The translations under genes and the position numbers were made by a program. The notes below the pieces were generated by a model. That model had not been told where the DNA came from. It saw nothing but the letters and a program-made list of their open reading frames with translations, and made no database searches. Positions 1 through 8,496 of a stretch of 64,000 nucleotides of DNA are shown here, piece after piece. Each line of letters opens with the position of its first letter. Within the stretch, counting starts at the first letter, position 1. Source of the stretch: a virus (taxonomy: Duplodnaviria; Caudoviricetes); the IMG/VR virus record IMGVR_UViG_3300029928_000005, positions 34,117 through 98,116 of that record; one strand, written 5' to 3'.

Positions 1-66
1 AATATTCCTCATGAAACAAATGAAAGTCCAAAAGATAATATTGTTAATGGTTAAACTATAAATACA

Positions 67-1059
67 ATGAAAGGTCAAAGTGAAAAATCTCTTAGAGATT
101 ATTATGAAACATATAAAGCCAAAGCATCTGGTGATGTTTTATATTTTGCTAGTAAAGTTCGTACTTATAATATAAAACGTCATAGTTATAGACAAATTAT
201 AAGTGCTAATATTCTTAAGTATAAAGAACTTGGTATTAAACTTGTAGATTATCCTTTTGAATATGGAATGGGTATTTACAAAGATGGTAAACTTAATAAA
301 GCTGCTGTTAAACTATTAGACAAAGTTACAACTAACGAAGATAAAAAGCTAGTTAATGATTTAATTCTTTATACTAATATTATTAAACTTCTCCATGATA
401 CTAAGATTCTACTAGAAGAAACTGAAAATCGTGATAAACTTACTTATGATGAATATTCTGATTATGTTCTTAAATATTATGGAGAAGTTACTAAACAACT
501 TTTTGAAGGTTATGGTTATAATATGAACTATCATATTGGAATGCTTTTCTATGAAAGAGTTGATTTACCTGAAAAAGAACGTAAAGTTCTAGATTATGCT
601 GCTACTAATAAAGCTAAAGCAAAACTTATTGCTGAAGGTAAAAAACCTTATGAAAAGAAAATGGCTGATTTATATGCTGCTCGTGGTTTAAGATATGATG
701 GTGTTCCTTATGCTGTTTATAGAACTAAAGATACATTTTGTTATAAATGGCATTTTGTTAATAGTATATTTCTTGATAAACTTGGAATGGAATTTACTAT
801 GAGAAATTATACTCTTCCTGTTCATTATAAAATTGGTGATACAACAATGGAAGGTATTGCTAAATATTATAATAATGATTATAATAAAATTGTTTATTCC
901 GCTCTAGGTCTTCAACAAAAAGCTAATATACTTCTTAATATTGATAAAACTAGATATACTAAGTTTATTAGATTTAATAATAGAGGAATTAATAGAAAAG
1001 CTAAAGGTACTTTTATATTTAGAAATTATGATGATTATATTAAGCATCTTGAAGGATAA
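67..1059 (+). CDS. crAss-like IHF/HU-related DNA-binding protein (putative)
   Basis: 330-aa basic ORF; segment EYSDYVLKYYGEVTKQLFEGYGYNMNYHIG resembles the IHF-like genes that precede the tail tubular gene in crAss-like phages; recalled similarity plus synteny. Confidence 0.5.
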   Translation: MKGQSEKSLRDYYETYKAKASGDVLYFASKVRTYNIKRHSYRQIISANILKYKELGIKLVDYPFEYGMGIYKDGKLNKAAVKLLDKVTTNEDKKLVNDLILYTNIIKLLHDTKILLEETENRDKLTYDEYSDYVLKYYGEVTKQLFEGYGYNMNYHIGMLFYERVDLPEKERKVLDYAATNKAKAKLIAEGKKPYEKKMADLYAARGLRYDGVPYAVYRTKDTFCYKWHFVNSIFLDKLGMEFTMRNYTLPVHYKIGDTTMEGIAKYYNNDYNKIVYSALGLQQKANILLNIDKTRYTKFIRFNNRGINRKAKGTFIFRNYDDYIKHLEG

Positions 1060-1096
1060 GCTCGGCTTCGCCTCGCGACTCCCCGTAGAGGAAGTG
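1060..1096. repeat. GC-rich element GCTCGGCTTCGCCTCGC + CCCCGTAG motif
   Basis: 1060-1076 is identical to 57393-57409; CCCCGTAG at 1081-1088. Confidence 0.9.
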
Positions 1097-1138
1097 ATGT
1101 ATCCCCAATATATTATTAATTAAAATAATTTTGTTATT

Positions 1139-1762
1139 ATGAATACACTTGATATATTTGAAAAACATAGATATGCTAGAATAGCATACAATCCGTTATA
1201 TAAATATAGTGTTAATATAGGTCTTGGTTTTCCAGAAGAATATTATCCTCATAATGAAGAAAGTATTCTTGATGGAACTAATTTTATTGGTATAAAACAA
1301 TTAGGTTATTTGAGAGCTTATAGAGATTTTTATATAGATAAAATAATAAATAAAACAACAGATAATGAAACTAAAGAATTTATTTATAAACTTATTAATG
1401 ATAATACTGGTATATTAAATTGGACTTATTTAGACGAATCATATTATAAATTTGATATTGATAGAATATTAACTAATCTTTCTAATAGACGTATTATTAG
1501 AAGAACTAATAAGAAAAATATAATATTGTTAGCTAGTTATTTTTCTAATGATAATTATTATATTGAAAATGCTGCTGAATTTAGAAGATTATATGATTAT
1601 GATTATATATTTAGAAATAATATTACATATAGAGAACGTAATAAATTTAATAAAATGCTTAATTCTTTAAATCATAGTCATATTACAGAATTATTTGATG
1701 ATATAGATTACTATAGTTATTATAAAAGACATAATTTTATTTATAAAGATTATGGCAAATAA
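1139..1762 (+). CDS. hypothetical protein
   Basis: 207-aa ORF, very AT-rich, overlaps the start of the next gene; no recognisable motif. Confidence 0.75.
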   Translation: MNTLDIFEKHRYARIAYNPLYKYSVNIGLGFPEEYYPHNEESILDGTNFIGIKQLGYLRAYRDFYIDKIINKTTDNETKEFIYKLINDNTGILNWTYLDESYYKFDIDRILTNLSNRRIIRRTNKKNIILLASYFSNDNYYIENAAEFRRLYDYDYIFRNNITYRERNKFNKMLNSLNHSHITELFDDIDYYSYYKRHNFIYKDYGK

Positions 1763-2714
1763 TAAAACTACAACAATAGAACGTATCATTGCTAAAGTAG
1801 ATAATGATTTCAATCCTGATAATAGTGATTGGATTCCTAGAGTATCTGCTTGGGTTTATGATGCTTTGAACCAACTTAAATGTCTTCGTAAACAATATAA
1901 ATGTAGAAGACTAGAGGTTCATAATCGAATTGCTATTAGTCCTTGTTGTCCTGACGATAGTGTTCGAGTATTTGATAAATATGGTTGTGAGATTAAAATG
2001 ATGAATGATGCTAGATGTGGTGCTAATTGTGATGAAGGTAGGTGTGGCTCCAATACTTCTCCTATGGGGGGTCTGAATGTTGGTTATGGTTGCTATGACC
2101 ATCATCATGGATGCGACCCTTGTGAACCTCATCCTCATCCACATTTTGATGATTGTGGTTTTGAAATTGATATACATAATCATCACGACCATTGTCATGT
2201 TGCTGAATCTCATACAAGAGAAGTTGTTAATACTCATTTATTTCCTGATAAAGTACTTAATTGGACTGAACATACTGGTAGTTATGATTATAGGTGTATG
2301 CATAAAATGCACGAAGTTCATTTAAGAGATTTACAAAGTTATGGACGTAATAGAAATTTTGTAGTTAGTGGAAATAATATTGAACTTAATTTTGATACAG
2401 ATTATATAGTTGTTGCAATACTACAAGTTGAAACTGAATTTAGTGAATACTTTGGAAGTGAAGTTCCAAAAATTCCTGATAATGGTTTACTTATAGAAGC
2501 TATTACTGATTATGTAATGTATAGAATGCTAACTCGTGGTTATAAACATCCTGTTATGAGTTTAACTGCTGCAAGTGAAGCTCTTAATCCTTATGTAAGA
2601 TGGAAAGTTAATCTTGAAAAAGTTAAACGTAGTGTTACACTTGATGCACAACTTCCAACTGATGATGATTTAATGCGTAGTGCTTTTTATCTATTTACAT
2701 TTAATCCAAAATAA
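1752..2714 (+). CDS. tail tubular/ring protein (crAss Ttub-like) with His/Cys-rich insertion
   Basis: N-term TIERIIAKVDNDFN..WIPRV..WV.DAL and C-term P.IPD...L.EAI..Y match my recollection of crAss ring proteins; directly upstream of the stabilisation protein. Confidence 0.7.
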   Translation: MANNKTTTIERIIAKVDNDFNPDNSDWIPRVSAWVYDALNQLKCLRKQYKCRRLEVHNRIAISPCCPDDSVRVFDKYGCEIKMMNDARCGANCDEGRCGSNTSPMGGLNVGYGCYDHHHGCDPCEPHPHPHFDDCGFEIDIHNHHDHCHVAESHTREVVNTHLFPDKVLNWTEHTGSYDYRCMHKMHEVHLRDLQSYGRNRNFVVSGNNIELNFDTDYIVVAILQVETEFSEYFGSEVPKIPDNGLLIEAITDYVMYRMLTRGYKHPVMSLTAASEALNPYVRWKVNLEKVKRSVTLDAQLPTDDDLMRSAFYLFTFNPK

Positions 2715-2717
2715 GAT

Positions 2718-5700
2718 ATGAGTGAAGTTCCTAAAACTCTAAATCTTAATAAACATCCTGCTTTAGTTCCTAATTATAGTCTTATTCAAGCTAAGAATAT
2801 AAAACTTAGTAATGATTTGACTAGATTAACAAATGAAGAAGGAATTAGACAAAATGAACATATTAAAGAAGCTATAACTAATGTTTATGGTGGAACAGGA
2901 TGGTATATTGTTGGAGTTATTCCAACTTCTACTGAATTAGTAATATTTACTGTTAGTCCTAATCCAGTTAATAATCAATTTGATGGTAAAATATTCAGAT
3001 ATAACGAAGATGTTGAATATGGTACTAGTACATTAAATGATAGTAAAGTAAATAATTGTATTCTTGTTTCTGACCAATGGAAATGGCATGGCGGTAAACT
3101 TAAAGGTGATTATACTTATAATATTAATCAACATCTTATTGTACAATTAGCTGAAGACCCTTATGATAAAGAAGAATTAAATTTTGTAGCTACTTATGAA
3201 AGTAATAAACAAGATATTAAAGTTCCTCTTAAAACATTTGATTTTGATGATTGGGATATTATATGTAATAAGCCTTTAGGAAAATGTATTGATAATCCAA
3301 CTTTTACTGTTCAAGATTTTGTTGATGAACGTAAAGTTAATAATAGAAAATTAGAAAATGAAGATGATGGTACTGACATTAGTACTAGATTTGGTAATAG
3401 AGCTGATTGGGTTAATGCTGTTGTTCCACAAGTTCCTGTTTGTAATGTAACTTGGGGAGGACTTATTAATGGTAATGCTTTTAAAGGTATTTATACTTTC
3501 TTTATTAGATATAAGATTGATTGTTGGGGTAATTATACTCAATGGTATAGTATTGGTTTTCCTATTATATGTGATGATATAGAACGTAATGCTGTTAGTC
3601 GTTATAATTGGTATTATGATTATGGAGACCAAGATGATGAATCAGGACATGGTTATGGCTGTATAGATTTTTATAGTAGTAATAGAGAATTTTGTACTTA
3701 TCTTCCTAAAATTAGATTTAAGTTTCAAGCTACTTGGGAAGTTCTTAATTTTCAAAAATATCAAATTGGTATTGTTATTAAACGAAACGATACTACTAAA
3801 TGTTTTCGTAGTGATGATTTTGATAGATATCCTGAAACTAATGGTAATAACAAACTTGAAGAATATGAATATATTTTTAATAGAGAAAAACTAGTTGAAA
3901 CTAGTCTTGAAGAATTAACTCTTGATAAATATAATTATTATAATGTTCGTAATACGATTAATTATCAAAATCGTAATTATATAAGTAATTATACTGAAAC
4001 TAATTATAATATTAGTGAAAAAGAAATTGGTCTATTTGATGAAGGTTATAAGATTAATAAAATATTCAAACTTAAACTTTTTGCTTATGCTCCATATAGA
4101 AGACAAAATCCAAAAGAAAATGCTATAGACCTTAATAGTATTACTTATTTTCAAGATTATTGTATGGATGAGTTTTGTTATGATACTAATCTTATTCATG
4201 CAGCTGATGATGCTAAAGGTAAACGTAAACTTAGTAATGCTAAAAGTTGGGAAAAAGTAAAAGGTTATGATTATGGTACTTGGCATCGTATAATGGGTGG
4301 TTGGCTTCCTGGTAGTCATTTTGGAGTACCTCTTTATGAAGTTATTGGTACTGATAGAAATAAATTGATTAATGTTCCGGGTTATGGTGAAGATTATGCT
4401 TGGAAGTTTATTTTATTTCAAAGAGGAGGTCGTGATTCTTTTGCTTGGTGGAATAAAGATGATAGTAGATGTAGTATAGGTCATGTTAATGCTGATGGAA
4501 GTTTTCAAGAGTTAGGTACAGACCTTACTATTACATGGGATAATGGTGATAAATCTGTATATCTAGATGGTGGTTATAATTGGATGTCTGCTTATAGTCC
4601 ATATCTTGATTATAAAGAATCATTTGCTAGTAGACTTACTCATAAAACTTTAGTTCCTGGTGAAGTTTATAGTTTTTATATTCATTTTGTTGATAAGTTT
4701 GGTCAAAGCACTTATGGTTTCCATATACCAAATCTTGATAGTGATTGGAATGGTATAGACCTTAATCAAACTCTTGAAACTTATTTTAATGGTAAAACTG
4801 AAGCTGGTATAACTGACCAACAACTTAAAGCTATTTATGCTGCTTATCGTAATAATCCTACTAAATGGAAAGATTATAAACTATATCAATTTATTAATAA
4901 TGGAGGTGAGAATAGTAGTGGTCTTATAGGTTATAATCAAGTTCTTACAGCTGTTGGTAGTACAAATCTTAAATGGGGTTATTATGCTAATAATAGTGGA
5001 CAGACTTTTCATAGAGTACCAATGTATAATATGGTAGCTGATGTTGGTTATGCTAATACACGTTCTCAATTTAGAGTATTTGGAGCTAATGTAGATGTAG
5101 ACATGAATAATACTACAACTAGAGATTTTCTTCAAAGACTTAAAGATTTAGGTTATATTGGTTGGTATCTTAGTTATGAAAAAGCTGAACCTATGAGTCG
5201 TGTTGTAGGTTTTGCTAGTGAAACTGATGCTAGTGAAGATATTGATGACCATCCGACTAATCATGATTTGGATAATCTAGAAGATAAATTTAAAGGTGAT
5301 TATGATGGACGTTGGACTTATTATCGAGGAAATAATAATATAGCTACCGGTGGTATATCTGATGAAAAAGATGTTCATAAAAATGTATTTGTATATAGTG
5401 AAGATTTAAATACAACATCTAGACTTAAAGTAGATTTTAATGCTATTAGTTTTAGATGGTCTATGTTTGATTATAGAGGTTTTTGGCAAGACCAAGGAAC
5501 TAATAAAGTAGCTGAAGATAGAGCTAGTCTTAATCTTCCTGAAGTTATGTCTACAAAGAGATTTAAAGATGTAGACAAAATTATTTATCCTATTGAAGAT
5601 TATGAAATATTAGTTGCTGATGCTCCAAATAATTTTAATAAAGGAACTAGACTTCGTGTTCGTAATCCGGGTGTATTTAATAAAGAAAATTATGAATATA

Positions 5701-7541
5701 ATGCTATCGCTACTGTTTGGTCTTTAAATAATAATATTTATACTAATCCTAATAAAGAACTTGTTCGTATTAATAATATTCGTCTTATTGATGATAGAAC
5801 AAATCTAAATGATGATAATATTTTTGGTGCTTATCCCGGATGTTGTACATATAATAGTACTATAGTATTTAGACGTACTGGTGCTAGATGGGACCCACAA
5901 TGGACTACTGTTAAAGGTACTGACGGTTGTAGATATTATGCTCTTAATCAAGGTTCTTATAATGTTGTTAGTCCTCAACGTCTTGTTCAACATAGTTGTT
6001 ATTTTCATAGATTTTTTGAAAGTAAACAAGAAAATAATAGACCTGATATTCAATATTTTATTCTTAATATTAATAATAAAGAACGTTTTGATGATGAAGA
6101 AGATACTAAACGAATAGCAGCTCTACCAAATGATTCTCTTATGTTTCATGGTGGTCCTAATGTTCTATTTCCTGGTAGACCTGTTATGCCTAATCAAACA
6201 TTAGATATGTATCGTTATCAATTTCCTGATGAAGTTGTTTATGATAAATTACTTCTTGCTTATGACCCTAATAGACGTAATATTACTAAATATGATAAGA
6301 CTATAAGACGTAGTGATGTTATTCAAGACGAATCTTATGTAAATGCTTGGCGAACTTATACTGCTAATAACTATAAAATTATTACTGAAAATAAAGGTAA
6401 TATAGTTAATTTAGTTGGTATTGGTTTGTATCTTCTTGCTCATACTGAACATAGTATGTTTATGTTTGATAGAACAGCTGCTCTTCAAACTCAAAATCAA
6501 GATGTTCAACTCTTAACTCCTGATGCTTTTGATACACAATATAAAGAAGTTTATACAAGTGATAAAGGATTTGCTGGTATTCAAGATAGATTCGCTTACA
6601 TTGTTGGAGAGTTTGGTTATGTCTTTTATAATAATGATTTTCATCGTATATTTAAGTTTGATGAAAAAGCTATTAACTACGTTGATGATAATATTTATCT
6701 TTGGTTAGAAAAAGAACTTCCAATTAAAGTTAGATTTGGTAATGATAAATATAATAATAGATTACTTGCTTGTTTTACTATTGATAGTGAACATTGGGAA
6801 ACTCTAAGTTATAATACTCAAACCGGTACATATATTAGTGCTCATGATTATAAATTTGATTATGCTTATAACACTAAAGTTTATAATTATTATCAACATT
6901 TTATTCAAGCTACTAGTTTAAAACAATATACTTATGAAACTAATTATGGTAGATATGATAATAATCTAAATGATTTATATAATAAAACTAATGGTATTGA
7001 TAGAAATTTATTCCTTCAAGTTCCTGAAGGTGGTGAAGTTCAAGCATCTTATATAGATGTTATTTTTAATGATATGTATGAAACTATTAAGTTCCTTGAA
7101 TATATTAAATATAAAGTAAAACGAATTAATAATTATCTTAATAGATATGATTATGGTAATAATGTAGTTAATGACACATTCCCCGTAGAAGAAGAAACGT
7201 GGTCTAATGTAGCCTATGCTAATAGAAATGTACCTAATTATAGCGGCGATATTATTCGTATCTTTAATGAATATTGTGATACGTTTGATATAACTGTTGA
7301 TATTACTAATGACCCTAATAGATATAATCGTTATAAACTTCCTTATTTTGAACTTGGTAATTGGAATTTTAATTATTTTAGAAATAATATTCCTGCTCAT
7401 CCTGGCGAAATAAGTGATAAACTTAGACGAATTTATGGTAATCAAATTGTAGTTCGTTTTATATTTAAAAATACTCCTAACAAAAGAATTGAATTTGAAA
7501 ATATTCAATGTATTGTTACTAAACAAAGAAATGTTATATGA
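2718..7541 (+). CDS. tail stabilisation / muzzle protein (crAss Tstab-like)
   Basis: 1607 aa; N-term LNLNKHP..AKNIK..NEEG, G.YTFFIRY, GEVYSFYIHFV, C-term IRRSDVIQDES..NAWR..ENKG and RRIYG; synteny. Confidence 0.75.
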   Translation: MSEVPKTLNLNKHPALVPNYSLIQAKNIKLSNDLTRLTNEEGIRQNEHIKEAITNVYGGTGWYIVGVIPTSTELVIFTVSPNPVNNQFDGKIFRYNEDVEYGTSTLNDSKVNNCILVSDQWKWHGGKLKGDYTYNINQHLIVQLAEDPYDKEELNFVATYESNKQDIKVPLKTFDFDDWDIICNKPLGKCIDNPTFTVQDFVDERKVNNRKLENEDDGTDISTRFGNRADWVNAVVPQVPVCNVTWGGLINGNAFKGIYTFFIRYKIDCWGNYTQWYSIGFPIICDDIERNAVSRYNWYYDYGDQDDESGHGYGCIDFYSSNREFCTYLPKIRFKFQATWEVLNFQKYQIGIVIKRNDTTKCFRSDDFDRYPETNGNNKLEEYEYIFNREKLVETSLEELTLDKYNYYNVRNTINYQNRNYISNYTETNYNISEKEIGLFDEGYKINKIFKLKLFAYAPYRRQNPKENAIDLNSITYFQDYCMDEFCYDTNLIHAADDAKGKRKLSNAKSWEKVKGYDYGTWHRIMGGWLPGSHFGVPLYEVIGTDRNKLINVPGYGEDYAWKFILFQRGGRDSFAWWNKDDSRCSIGHVNADGSFQELGTDLTITWDNGDKSVYLDGGYNWMSAYSPYLDYKESFASRLTHKTLVPGEVYSFYIHFVDKFGQSTYGFHIPNLDSDWNGIDLNQTLETYFNGKTEAGITDQQLKAIYAAYRNNPTKWKDYKLYQFINNGGENSSGLIGYNQVLTAVGSTNLKWGYYANNSGQTFHRVPMYNMVADVGYANTRSQFRVFGANVDVDMNNTTTRDFLQRLKDLGYIGWYLSYEKAEPMSRVVGFASETDASEDIDDHPTNHDLDNLEDKFKGDYDGRWTYYRGNNNIATGGISDEKDVHKNVFVYSEDLNTTSRLKVDFNAISFRWSMFDYRGFWQDQGTNKVAEDRASLNLPEVMSTKRFKDVDKIIYPIEDYEILVADAPNNFNKGTRLRVRNPGVFNKENYEYNAIATVWSLNNNIYTNPNKELVRINNIRLIDDRTNLNDDNIFGAYPGCCTYNSTIVFRRTGARWDPQWTTVKGTDGCRYYALNQGSYNVVSPQRLVQHSCYFHRFFESKQENNRPDIQYFILNINNKERFDDEEDTKRIAALPNDSLMFHGGPNVLFPGRPVMPNQTLDMYRYQFPDEVVYDKLLLAYDPNRRNITKYDKTIRRSDVIQDESYVNAWRTYTANNYKIITENKGNIVNLVGIGLYLLAHTEHSMFMFDRTAALQTQNQDVQLLTPDAFDTQYKEVYTSDKGFAGIQDRFAYIVGEFGYVFYNNDFHRIFKFDEKAINYVDDNIYLWLEKELPIKVRFGNDKYNNRLLACFTIDSEHWETLSYNTQTGTYISAHDYKFDYAYNTKVYNYYQHFIQATSLKQYTYETNYGRYDNNLNDLYNKTNGIDRNLFLQVPEGGEVQASYIDVIFNDMYETIKFLEYIKYKVKRINNYLNRYDYGNNVVNDTFPVEEETWSNVAYANRNVPNYSGDIIRIFNEYCDTFDITVDITNDPNRYNRYKLPYFELGNWNFNYFRNNIPAHPGEISDKLRRIYGNQIVVRFIFKNTPNKRIEFENIQCIVTKQRNVI

Positions 7542-8476
7542 ATCAATATAGAGATAGACGTAAAGCATTTATTGGTGCTGTTGTTGGTGCTGGTCTTGGT
7601 GTAGCAAAAGGAATTGCTGGTATTGTTAGTAAAAAGAAACAAGCTGAAAAGCAACAGCAACAAGATTATGTTAATGCTGTTCTACAAAGTAAAGGTGGAA
7701 TGGATGATGAAATTAATAATAATGAAGCTCTTCAAGAACAATTTGAAAGTAAATATGTTATGAAATGTGGTGGTCGTAAAAGAGCTTGCTATGGTAAAGC
7801 TAGTAAAATGGCTTGTGGTGGTAGAAAAAAAGCTGAGCTTGGAGCTTTAACTCCTCTTCAAGCTCCTAAAATTGATGTAAGTCCTACTAACAATATTGAT
7901 AGTCTTAATAAAGATTTACAATCACAAATTGGTAATATTGGTAAAATGAATAGTTCTAGTACAGTCGCATCTCCTCTTCCTACGGGGGGTCAAGCTCAAT
8001 CGAATTTTAGTACAATAGGAGATGTATCTAATACTGCTGGTAAAATAGAAGCTGGTCTTTCAGGTGTTATGAATTTGGCTGGAAGTATTGGTAATATGAC
8101 AGGCAAATTTAAATGTGGTGGTCGTAAGAAAGGTTTAGCTGGTCTTAGTATGGGTATGCAAGCTGGTAATATGGTTGGTGAAATAGGTAAAGCATTTGTT
8201 AAAGGTCCACAGAAAACTGAAGTTGCTCAAACTAGTATTCGTAAACAAGGACTTACTAATTTAAATCAACTTGGTACTAATAATGTTCAAATGCCTACTA
8301 ATAATATTGTAACTGCTAATACTAATAGTGCTGCACCTATTCCAACTCAACCGTTAGTCGGCGGTGCTGATTCATACATGAAGCGTTGCGGAGGCAAACA
8401 AGCCAAATTTGGCACTTCTCGTCGTCGCTGTGGACTTGGCGTGTCCATCTCGATTAATAGCAAAGCTAAGAAATAA
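7538..8476 (+). CDS. virion cargo/ejection protein with repeated xCGG(R/K) motifs
   Basis: Gly/Ala-rich hydrophobic N-terminus (AFIGAVVGAGLGVAKGIAGIV), low complexity; position after the muzzle gene. Confidence 0.6.
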   Translation: MNQYRDRRKAFIGAVVGAGLGVAKGIAGIVSKKKQAEKQQQQDYVNAVLQSKGGMDDEINNNEALQEQFESKYVMKCGGRKRACYGKASKMACGGRKKAELGALTPLQAPKIDVSPTNNIDSLNKDLQSQIGNIGKMNSSSTVASPLPTGGQAQSNFSTIGDVSNTAGKIEAGLSGVMNLAGSIGNMTGKFKCGGRKKGLAGLSMGMQAGNMVGEIGKAFVKGPQKTEVAQTSIRKQGLTNLNQLGTNNVQMPTNNIVTANTNSAAPIPTQPLVGGADSYMKRCGGKQAKFGTSRRRCGLGVSISINSKAKK

Positions 8477-8496
8477 ATGGTCTTAAATCAAACGAG

